The notes under the pieces are model-generated. The model had not been told where the DNA came from. It searched no databases and saw only the letters and a list, made by a program, of their open reading frames with translations. From the IMG/VR virus record IMGVR_UViG_3300020048_000099: DNA of 20,000 bases. One strand, written 5' to 3'. The translations under genes and the position numbers were made by a program. Each line of letters opens with the position of its first letter. The stretch's first letter is position 1. Of the stretch, positions 1 through 7,922 are shown one piece after another. The DNA comes from an uncultured virus (IMG/VR IMGVR_UViG_3300020048_000099) (Duplodnaviria > Heunggongvirae > Uroviricota > Caudoviricetes).

Positions 1-36
1 TATTAGTTCTTCTGGAGTTACATTCAAATTTTCCAT
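1..36 (-). CDS. 5' end of a gene running off the left edge (MENLNVTPEELI...), hypothetical protein
   Basis: Minus-strand ATG at 36-34, preceded by AAAAAGGATTATAGTA (SD-like AAGGA). The frame is open to position 1. Divergent from the 106..1395 gene. Confidence 0.6.
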   Translation of the reverse strand, partial: MENLNVTPEELI

Positions 37-105
37 TACTATAATCCTTTTTAGTTAGTGAATTCATTCATAACATTTGTTTAATTTTTTTTAAGGTTTA
101 CTAAA

Positions 106-1395
106 ATGACTAGTCTTAATACTGTAATACGTCCTATAAATCAACCACCAGTTAATGACTTTGGAACTTCTATGAGGGTCTCAGGTGATGGAACTCGTTT
201 AGTTGTTGGTGATATAATGACTGGCAATACTTTAACAGACGGTGGTTGTATATATGTATTTTGTTACAGCACTACGGGTACTTCATGGGTACAAGAAGCT
301 AAATTATATCCAAATGTAAGAACTTTAGGTAGTAGGTTTGGATGGTCAGTTTCAATTAATCATGATGGTAGTAAAATTATTGTAGGAGCACCGTATGACA
401 ATAATAAAAATAATGAAACTGATGTACCTGGGTGCGGAGCAGCATATATTTTTGAAAGAACAAATACCACATGGAATCAAACAAAAATATTAAAAACTAA
501 TACATTAGTTACAAATGATAAATTTGGATATGCTGTAGATATTAATGAAAGTGGTAATAGAGTCATAGTTGGAGCACCACAAAAAACTAGTCCACCGGCA
601 CCTGAAGGTAAGTCATTTGTTGGTGCTGGTGCTGCGTATATTTTTAATTATTCAAACTCAAGTTGGGATACCGGTTATCTATTAACATCACGAGAATATT
701 TAGGGTCTGACGATCATCTTGGTAGTTCTGTTTCTATTAATGCAATTGGTAATATAGTGGCAATAGGAGCTAGAGGTGATAGAAGTGGAGAAAATTTGAA
801 TGGAGCGGCCTATGTATTTAGGTATAGAGCAAATCCAGCAAATGGAGTTCATTGGATATTAAAACAAAAGATGTTAGCTGCAGTATTAGGGCGCGAAGAA
901 GAATATGGTCATGCTTTATCTTTAAGCACCACTGGTGAATACTTAGCTATTGGTGGTTTTAATAGAACCACATATTATCAAGGTGGTGGAGCAGTAGATG
1001 TATGGAAAAAACAATCCGACAATAGTTACATTATGATTGATACAATAATACAAGATAATGCTACTCAATCTAAAATTAAACCTTGTTATCAAGCCTATTT
1101 TGGTTGGTCTGTTAGTTTTCTTGGTACATCTAATTTATTATTAATTGGTGCTCCAGGTACAGTTTACGAGGGATTAGAAGGAGCTGGAGTAGCTTACTGT
1201 TATAAAAATGTTAATGATAAATTTACTATGATTAAATTGTTATTATCTCCACCAATTGCTAGTGGTGACGGTTATGGAAGCTCCGTTTGTTTAGGTGAAT
1301 CTTCAACAGGTAACACAGCTGGAACTAGACAAATGTTAGTAGCTGCTGCAGGTAATAACACTGGAAAAATTTCTTGTCATTGGGAAACATTTTAA
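106..1395 (+). CDS. FG-GAP repeat (integrin-alpha-like) beta-propeller protein, probably virion-associated
   Basis: 429 aa with about 7 repeats of FG.S(V/L).(I/L)...G..(I/L).(V/I)GA....G.AY(I/V)F, e.g. RFGWSVSINHDGSKIIVGAP, KFGYAVDINESGNRVIVGAP, YFGWSVSFLGTSNLLLIGAP. SD-like TAAGG upstream. No signal peptide seen. Confidence 0.85.
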   Translation: MTSLNTVIRPINQPPVNDFGTSMRVSGDGTRLVVGDIMTGNTLTDGGCIYVFCYSTTGTSWVQEAKLYPNVRTLGSRFGWSVSINHDGSKIIVGAPYDNNKNNETDVPGCGAAYIFERTNTTWNQTKILKTNTLVTNDKFGYAVDINESGNRVIVGAPQKTSPPAPEGKSFVGAGAAYIFNYSNSSWDTGYLLTSREYLGSDDHLGSSVSINAIGNIVAIGARGDRSGENLNGAAYVFRYRANPANGVHWILKQKMLAAVLGREEEYGHALSLSTTGEYLAIGGFNRTTYYQGGGAVDVWKKQSDNSYIMIDTIIQDNATQSKIKPCYQAYFGWSVSFLGTSNLLLIGAPGTVYEGLEGAGVAYCYKNVNDKFTMIKLLLSPPIASGDGYGSSVCLGESSTGNTAGTRQMLVAAAGNNTGKISCHWETF

Positions 1396-1419
1396 ATAAA
1401 AATATATTAAATATAGAAT

Positions 1420-1458
1420 ATATACCCACAACTGCTGTAAAGGCAGTTGTGGGTATAT
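1420..1458. terminator. Hairpin between convergent genes, probable bidirectional terminator
   Basis: Perfect 16-bp inverted repeat ATATACCCACAACTGC (1420-1435) / GCAGTTGTGGGTATAT (1443-1458), 7-nt loop, AT-rich flanks, between the stops at 1395 (+) and 1464 (-). Confidence 0.8.
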
Positions 1459-1463
1459 TATAT

Positions 1464-3392
1464 TCAATTATAAATAACTACAGTTCCTGATGATAAAACA
1501 AGACTTTCTGGGATTTCATTCTGTGGGACAGAAATAACTAATTCATTACCACTAGCATCCATACAAACTGAGTATCCAAAATATGGATCAGTACTAGAAG
1601 AAATATTATTACTTAAGAATGTATATTCTAAATTCCAAGATACTCCATTAAATATAAAGGTATATGCACTACCTATATTACCTGGTTCATTAAATCTGTA
1701 ATGAGCGCCTATCAATACTTTATCCCCTACAGCATTAATGGCTACAGAATTACCGAATTGATCACCGTCAAGACCGTCAATAAGCATTAATTTATCTTTT
1801 TCTATCCATTCTCCACTGTCTAAAATAAAGATATATGCAGAACCTGTCTGTGAGTCAAATGCACCGTTTGATTCTCGTGCACCAATAATTATAGTATTAC
1901 CATTTTGGTTAATGTCTATAGAACAACCAAACTGGTCCATATCTCCACCATCAAATGGTATTAGTTTAGCTACATGGTCATAATTATAATTTATTAAATT
2001 AAATACATGTACACTACCAGTTCCAGAATCACTATCCATTGCTCCAACAGCTATTAAATCACCGGAGGCATTTGTAGCAACAGAAGTACCAAATCTATCG
2101 TTAGCAGCAGAATCTGGTGCTATTAATTTACTTATAAATAACCAATTACCTTCATTATATTCATAAACATAAGCACATCCAGTGTTATCCACTACACCAT
2201 CATCACCACTAGATCCTATAATTAAAATACTTGCATCGCTATTAAATACTATAGAACATCCAAAGTAAGAACCTGTATTGATATCTTCTAATGTTATTTT
2301 ACTCTCTAACTCCCATAATGAATTATTAAGTCTATATACATAGACAGACCCAGTATCAACTTGAGTAGAGTCGCCATAATACGCACCTAATGCAATACAT
2401 GTACCGTCGCTAGATATAGCACTAGAAACACCTAAGTAATCACCAGGATGTGGATCATTTGCTGTTAGTTTAGCGATAAATATCCAAACATTATTTATTT
2501 TATTAAATACATAGCCACAACCAGCATCAAAATAACCTTCATCAGCTAATCTAGCTCCAACAACAATAGTGTCACCTAATGCATTTATTGATACAGCTGA
2601 CCCAAACCAATCACCATTATTTCCTTCTACGTCATATAAAATATCTGTAGCTGTAGGTGCATTAATATTAGATTTAATAGTAAACGTAGTAATAGCACTC
2701 CAATCACTTTCTGTTTCACTATTACTGGTAAACTTAGCTCTTACATAATAAGTTGCACCGGCATCTAGATCTTCTAAATCCCATTTTAAGAAAGTAGTTG
2801 GATCAATAGTTTCTTCTTTTAATTTAAATCCGGTAGCAATCAAGTTGTTAAAGTTTACATTATCCGATAGTTCAAAATATACACTATTACAATGGTTAAT
2901 AAAATCTATAGTTTCATCAACAACTTTACCAAGTATCTTATAAGCGGCTAATTCAATAGTGATATTAGGTAGTAAGTTATATGTCAAATCCTTAGGAGAT
3001 ATTATAACAGGTGCATCTGGCGTAGCTTCAACTATGCTAATATTATATATTTTATTATTAAGAGTGAAACCAAATAAACCTGTTTCATCAGGCGATGTAT
3101 ATGTAATAATATCGTCTAATATACTAACAGAACCAAATTCAGTACTAACATTATATGAAGTTTCTATATCGTAATTAGTTATTCTATAACTACCACTTAT
3201 ATTTCGTGTTAATGTAGTAGGACCTTTAACAGTTGGAGAAACACCTCCAGTTTTATAAATCTCTGTTCCCAGTTTACTAGTTAAATGTATTTCTAACTCA
3301 TTGTTAGGTTTTTTTACAAAGTATAATGTAGACGCTTCTATTGTATCTGGAAGTTTATTTACTTTTTGCAATGTTAATATATCGTTAGACAT
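1464..3392 (-). CDS. Multidomain putative virion fibre/decoration protein: N-terminal adaptor, Ig/FN3-like domain, C-terminal FG-GAP beta-propeller
   Basis: 642 aa. The N-terminal KVNKLPDTIEASTLYFVK resembles a phage fibre-type motif. FN3-like signature LDAGATYYVRAKF...SDWSAITTFT. About 7 C-terminal FG-GAP repeats (GDWFGSAVSINALGDTIVVGA, DRFGTSVATNASGDLIAVGA, DQFGNSVAINAVGDKVLIGA). Strong SD AAGGAG. Confidence 0.85.
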   Translation of the reverse strand: MSNDILTLQKVNKLPDTIEASTLYFVKKPNNELEIHLTSKLGTEIYKTGGVSPTVKGPTTLTRNISGSYRITNYDIETSYNVSTEFGSVSILDDIITYTSPDETGLFGFTLNNKIYNISIVEATPDAPVIISPKDLTYNLLPNITIELAAYKILGKVVDETIDFINHCNSVYFELSDNVNFNNLIATGFKLKEETIDPTTFLKWDLEDLDAGATYYVRAKFTSNSETESDWSAITTFTIKSNINAPTATDILYDVEGNNGDWFGSAVSINALGDTIVVGARLADEGYFDAGCGYVFNKINNVWIFIAKLTANDPHPGDYLGVSSAISSDGTCIALGAYYGDSTQVDTGSVYVYRLNNSLWELESKITLEDINTGSYFGCSIVFNSDASILIIGSSGDDGVVDNTGCAYVYEYNEGNWLFISKLIAPDSAANDRFGTSVATNASGDLIAVGAMDSDSGTGSVHVFNLINYNYDHVAKLIPFDGGDMDQFGCSIDINQNGNTIIIGARESNGAFDSQTGSAYIFILDSGEWIEKDKLMLIDGLDGDQFGNSVAINAVGDKVLIGAHYRFNEPGNIGSAYTFIFNGVSWNLEYTFLSNNISSSTDPYFGYSVCMDASGNELVISVPQNEIPESLVLSSGTVVIYN

Positions 3393-3407
3393 TATATAAC
3401 TCCTTAG

Positions 3408-3746
3408 TTATTTAGGTGAATTTTTAATGAAAAGATCTATTTCATTAATTTGATTATTACAATTTGTAAGATCTTTTAATAATCCTATATTATAGATAGT
3501 TAGTATGTTTTCTTTTCTTCTATAATCGTGTAATAGTAGTTTAAAATATTCTATATCTGTAATTTTATCTTTTACTATTAATTCACTTGTATAACTCTCT
3601 ATCACTGGAGGTTTTGTAATAAAACATTTTGTAAGTAAATGTTCAGGTACAGGGATAGTTTTAAATTCAGTAACTGTTACAACTTCTCTAATTGGTTTTG
3701 ATGAACAACCAACTAACAATGCTAAAACAATAATTAGATAATACAT
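3408..3746 (-). CDS. Putative o-spanin (Rz1-like outer-membrane lipoprotein)
   Basis: 112 aa with hydrophobic signal and lipobox LLVG-C (Cys14), Pro-rich PVPEHLLTKCFITKPP, and a C-terminal helix ending in CNNQI. Lies directly downstream of a TM-anchored i-spanin-like gene. Confidence 0.8.
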   Translation of the reverse strand: MYYLIIVLALLVGCSSKPIREVVTVTEFKTIPVPEHLLTKCFITKPPVIESYTSELIVKDKITDIEYFKLLLHDYRRKENILTIYNIGLLKDLTNCNNQINEIDLFIKNSPK

Positions 3747-3755
3747 GTAATTTCC

Positions 3756-4256
3756 TTAAGCTATTTGTTGACAAAAATCATCGGTATTAGATAAACAATA
3801 TGTTTGCCATATAGCTTCTATTTGTATTTTACTAATGGCTGAACTTATATTGACTTCTTCATCTAAAATATTATTAGCAGCATATGCTGTTTCACTATTT
3901 CCAGTTAATGGTAAAATAACTTCAGATGTAGTTAGTACTTCTGATATTTTTAAATCTTTACTATCTATGATATCTGAAACAGCAGTGTCTGTTTTTTTAG
4001 TATTTTCTTTTATATTTTTAATGGATAAGACTGTAAGATCGTGTGATTTTTTTAATACAGCTATAGACAATAATTGTTTTTTATTAGCATCTATAGCTAC
4101 ATTAGTATTCTGTGTTTCTTTATAAAGATTATTCTTAACAACTGTTCGAGTTTCAAAACCTAATTTTTCCATTATTAGATTACTATTATACATTACAGCT
4201 ACTGCTGCAATAATTGTAAAAACAATAACTATATATACAGTTACTTTGCTAAACAT
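3756..4256 (-). CDS. Putative i-spanin (Rz-like inner-membrane protein)
   Basis: 166 aa with a single N-terminal TM helix (VTVYIVIVFTIIAAVAVMY), a helical periplasmic region and two C-terminal Cys (WQTYC...FC). Adjacent to the lipoprotein gene in a separated two-component spanin layout. Confidence 0.75.
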   Translation of the reverse strand: MFSKVTVYIVIVFTIIAAVAVMYNSNLIMEKLGFETRTVVKNNLYKETQNTNVAIDANKKQLLSIAVLKKSHDLTVLSIKNIKENTKKTDTAVSDIIDSKDLKISEVLTTSEVILPLTGNSETAYAANNILDEEVNISSAISKIQIEAIWQTYCLSNTDDFCQQIA

Positions 4257-4268
4257 GATATGATCCTT

Positions 4269-4838
4269 TTAAAAGCGTTTATTTAAAAAAGCATAGCCAA
4301 CAGCTATAGCGTCTACACTATGTTCATCTAATTCATCTATATTATTTACTGTAGCTAATAAAATTTCATTTATATTCTTAATAGCTAACTTTACATCTGC
4401 TTTACCTTTCATCATACCGGCGCCCACTATCTTTTTAACATATAAAGGTTCTACAGTATGAAAAGGTATATTAACATTATATTCTATTATACTACTATGA
4501 ATCATGTTTAATACTTCTAATAAAGAACTAAAGGCAGTTGGTCTAAATCTATTATAAAATGGACTTTCACAAGCTACTATAGCAGGATTAAAAATCATTA
4601 AAATATGTTGTATAGCAGCTTTAAGTTTATATAACTTAATAGTTCTTTCTGTATAATATTCACTATCTAATCCAGTCTTATCAAATAGTTTATCGTTAAC
4701 AATAGTAAAAGCTTCTATATTTAATATCTTATTTGTCATATAGTCTATATTAAATACAGATATACCAGTATTATTAATACCAGGGTCTATACCTATTAAT
4801 CTATATATTTTATATTGGTCTGGTAAAATTAAAGGCAT
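4269..4838 (-). CDS. ruvC: RuvC-like Holliday junction resolvase
   Basis: 189 aa with RuvC motifs: IGIDPG..NTG (catalytic Asp), IVACES (Glu), P..VKK.VG...K..V, and C-terminal EHSVDAIAVG (Asp). Confidence 0.85.
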   Translation of the reverse strand: MPLILPDQYKIYRLIGIDPGINNTGISVFNIDYMTNKILNIEAFTIVNDKLFDKTGLDSEYYTERTIKLYKLKAAIQHILMIFNPAIVACESPFYNRFRPTAFSSLLEVLNMIHSSIIEYNVNIPFHTVEPLYVKKIVGAGMMKGKADVKLAIKNINEILLATVNNIDELDEHSVDAIAVGYAFLNKRF

Positions 4839-4856
4839 TTATTTATTATCCTGTAA

Positions 4857-4889
4857 ATAGTAGCTATGCATAAACAGCATAGCTACTAT
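4857..4889 (-). terminator. Hairpin after the 272-aa structural gene, possible terminator or attenuator
   Basis: Perfect 13-bp inverted repeat ATAGTAGCTATGC (4857-4869) / GCATAGCTACTAT (4877-4889), 7-nt loop. Only a short U-tract on the minus strand. Confidence 0.6.
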
Positions 4890-4898
4890 AAGTTATAA

Positions 4899-5717
4899 TT
4901 ATGATTGGAATTCTAATAGTGGTTCAACTGATCCTATGTCAAATGTCATATTAATACCTTGATTACTGAATTTAGCTGAGAAAAATGTATTAATAAAACT
5001 AATAACTTGCGCCCCTATAGCTTCTTTTCGACCACTGATAAGTCTTTCTATACCAGAACAAATACCTATTTCACTAATAATAGCGTAACCTTCGTCACCG
5101 TGTAAAATATTAGCAACATTTAATAATTCGTCTACATCATTAGCTGTCATAGTAAATGGTATCAATGCTGAAGTTGCTATATAGTCACCAGTAGTTGTTA
5201 ATACTTCTCCAGCAGCGTAGTTAGGAACTACGGGAGCATAACCATTAAAAGTAAAATCATCAGTAATAGTTATACCATTGACTATATGACGTTTCTGAAT
5301 ACGAGGAACAACTTCACTAGTATCTATTACTTTTAAATAATACGCTTCATAATCTCCAATATCTAATTGTAGTATTTTACGTAGTCTATATTTCGCTGCT
5401 TCAGCTGAAGATAAAGCATTAGATGTAGGTCTAATTATAAAAGGTAGTTGGCTATAAAAACTTATATCTTTGGGAGAGTGCTGAACTGGCTCTGGTTTAA
5501 CTATATCGCCAACACCAGTTATTAAACGATGACCTCCGTTACCTATACCAACGTACATAACTTTATATTTATCGTCTGCTGTTATGGCAATGTGATCATT
5601 TATTTTTAAAACTTGATTTAAAGAAGAAGCTAAAATAATGTCTCTATTTGGTGGTATACCTAATAACTGAGTAGTTTGTAAATATGCGCCTGCTATAGTG
5701 CGTTGAATGTTTTCCAT
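4899..5717 (-). CDS. Virion structural protein (phiKZ gp127-like, probably tail/baseplate)
   Basis: 272 aa. Motifs Y.GIGNGGH, PF..R....L....A.KYRLRK, YYLK.I and AIISEIG.CSG.E are as I recall them from phiKZ-like structural proteins. Lies directly downstream of the 730-aa gene. Assigned from recall and synteny, not a search. Confidence 0.65.
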   Translation of the reverse strand: MENIQRTIAGAYLQTTQLLGIPPNRDIILASSLNQVLKINDHIAITADDKYKVMYVGIGNGGHRLITGVGDIVKPEPVQHSPKDISFYSQLPFIIRPTSNALSSAEAAKYRLRKILQLDIGDYEAYYLKVIDTSEVVPRIQKRHIVNGITITDDFTFNGYAPVVPNYAAGEVLTTTGDYIATSALIPFTMTANDVDELLNVANILHGDEGYAIISEIGICSGIERLISGRKEAIGAQVISFINTFFSAKFSNQGINMTFDIGSVEPLLEFQS

Positions 5718-5729
5718 GAAATTTCCTTT

Positions 5730-7922
5730 TTAATAGATAGATTTAAGTGTAGACTGCTGTTCTAAAGTTAATGAATAGTAATTTTCTAATCCAGCTATTA
5801 GACTATCTGAACTTATTATTGGATCATAGTTGTCATACCTAACATCTATATAAATAGTTCCAAATCTTATAGCTATAATTGTATTAGAAGAAGTAGTTTG
5901 TATAGCGTTTAATGCTATAGGTATATCATACTTTAAAACTAATAAAGTATAATCTTTAACATCAAATTCTGGTAATTCAAGATGATGTGATCTTTGTTGA
6001 ACAAATTTAGAGTCTAATAACCCAACCGGATGATGTGAAAAAAATCTACCACTAAAAATAAATCCTATATCACCACATCTAATGGCTGCCCAATTTAATG
6101 GAATTATTCTAAAATCATTGATTTCTTTAATGATTTGAATATTGTAACTACTTAAATTTGTTAATAATGCTAATAATGCTGATTGAATATTTTTAAGTTG
6201 TTTAGTTTCATCTACAACATAACCTGTGGCACTAGAAAATATATTTTTTAATAATGCTTCAGCTTGCTCATTATTGTAATTGTAAAATGGTAAATTATTA
6301 GTTGTTAACCATGACTCTATATTACCTATAGATATAGTATCGTATGTATCTCCATATAACCTTAATATCATATTTGCTACAAAGCCACGTTTATACATGT
6401 CTTCAGTATTTGATATCATAAACCATTGCCTTAAACTTTCTTCATACAATCTATAAGATAAATTATAAAATATATTAGTAGAGAATGATTCGACTATAGG
6501 AGGTTGATTGATTAATAGGTCTTCTGCTATTTTTCTAAAGTCATTAGAACTATTATCAACTAACTTTAATAATTCTGTAATATCTGGTAATACTTCTAGT
6601 CTATATTTAGTATTATAAATAGCTATAGTTTCAGATATCTCAAAACCAGATGATTTTAAAGTTATATAATAATAATATATAAATGCATTCAATGCTGTAA
6701 GTGTTCTAATTTCTTCTGTCTTAGGATCTTTAAAATGCACTACTACATCATAAAGATTGTTTACAGACATATATATCCATTGTCTTAATAACACAACCTC
6801 TAATGGATCAGGTACAACATTATTATAATCAACTGCTCTAGATTCTAAATCTTTAGTTTTTACTACAGATGAATTAGAATTTTTAAATCTAATTGTATCA
6901 TGCTCTTCTTTATTACTATAGTAGTCTGTATTACCTATGGCTAGTTTTTTCTCTTTATTATAGAGCTGAGTTATAGGTATAAAGTCATCATCTATATCTA
7001 ACGCATTACTATTAATAACTGTTTTTTTAGCTAATAAGTTAGGATAGTATTTATTATCTACTGTCGACAATTGTCTAATACTATATTGTGAAATTTCTAT
7101 CCCTACGTCAGTTAGTAATTTATCGACAAGTGTTCTAAATTGATGTGAATTACCAAAGTTCCTACTGATATATTTTATATTTCTATAAAAATATAAAGCT
7201 TGTTTTAAAGTCATATAGTCTAAATATTTATCTAATCCCATATGACTGGTTAAATATTCTCTTATATGAAAGCTATGAACTTCATTAGTTTTACATCTTT
7301 TTAATCTAAGGTTTAATAATTTAGGAACTAAATGTAAATAAAGTAAAGAATAGTATGCTATATTATAATAGCTATCTGAAACACCGTAAGCTTGAACGTT
7401 CCATCTAATGGCGTGTCTTTTAATAAACCCTTCTAATTCTTTTATTAAACTTATCTCTTGAGGCTCTACTAAATGATTTGGATATCCTAATATACTATTA
7501 TTTTCAGCAGCTATAGCTACATCAATGTTTACTGGATATAAAATACCCATAATTAAACTTTCTTGATCAGGATATTTGTTTACTAAATTATAGTAATATC
7601 TACTTCCAAATTCATATGCTTTAGCTGTAGCTACATGATGAGAAAGATTTAGTTTGTTAAAATTTATTTCTTCTAATGTATCTAGTGACACAATAATCAT
7701 ATTTGTATCTAAACTATGATATTCTCCAGATACGTTTAAATAATATTTCCAAGTTTTCTTATCATATTTATCTACAGCTGATTCCCCGTATCCATTAATT
7801 ATTTTTGTATTTATAAGATCTGCAGTAATATCAGATTTTATATTTAGAGTTTTTATCAGTAATTTAGTATTCTCTAAATATTTTTTTAAAAATCCACTTT
7901 CACCTAAAGGTTCTATTTTCAT
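5730..7922 (-). CDS. Virion structural protein (phiKZ gp128-like, putative baseplate component)
   Basis: 730 aa. TWKYYLN.SGEYH..D..M...SLDT.EEI.F and RL..CKT.EVHSFHIREYL.SH..L motifs are typical of this phiKZ-like family. Size and position next to the portal-like gene fit. Confidence 0.7.
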   Translation of the reverse strand: MKIEPLGESGFLKKYLENTKLLIKTLNIKSDITADLINTKIINGYGESAVDKYDKKTWKYYLNVSGEYHSLDTNMIIVSLDTLEEINFNKLNLSHHVATAKAYEFGSRYYYNLVNKYPDQESLIMGILYPVNIDVAIAAENNSILGYPNHLVEPQEISLIKELEGFIKRHAIRWNVQAYGVSDSYYNIAYYSLLYLHLVPKLLNLRLKRCKTNEVHSFHIREYLTSHMGLDKYLDYMTLKQALYFYRNIKYISRNFGNSHQFRTLVDKLLTDVGIEISQYSIRQLSTVDNKYYPNLLAKKTVINSNALDIDDDFIPITQLYNKEKKLAIGNTDYYSNKEEHDTIRFKNSNSSVVKTKDLESRAVDYNNVVPDPLEVVLLRQWIYMSVNNLYDVVVHFKDPKTEEIRTLTALNAFIYYYYITLKSSGFEISETIAIYNTKYRLEVLPDITELLKLVDNSSNDFRKIAEDLLINQPPIVESFSTNIFYNLSYRLYEESLRQWFMISNTEDMYKRGFVANMILRLYGDTYDTISIGNIESWLTTNNLPFYNYNNEQAEALLKNIFSSATGYVVDETKQLKNIQSALLALLTNLSSYNIQIIKEINDFRIIPLNWAAIRCGDIGFIFSGRFFSHHPVGLLDSKFVQQRSHHLELPEFDVKDYTLLVLKYDIPIALNAIQTTSSNTIIAIRFGTIYIDVRYDNYDPIISSDSLIAGLENYYSLTLEQQSTLKSIY

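Noticed and set aside
62..80. TATG late-promoter motif (minus strand, AATGTTATGA) upstream of the edge gene
   Set aside because: A 4-nt motif in AT-rich DNA cannot be told from chance without TSS data.
106..3392. Diversity-generating retroelement or invertible cassette acting on the two propeller genes
   Set aside because: No reverse transcriptase, recombinase, near-identical template/variable repeat pair or flanking inverted recombination sites are visible in the window.
2959..4125. Plus-strand ORFs 2959..3174 and 3835..4125
   Set aside because: Antisense shadows fully inside well-supported minus-strand genes, with non-ATG or SD-less starts and no recognisable motifs.
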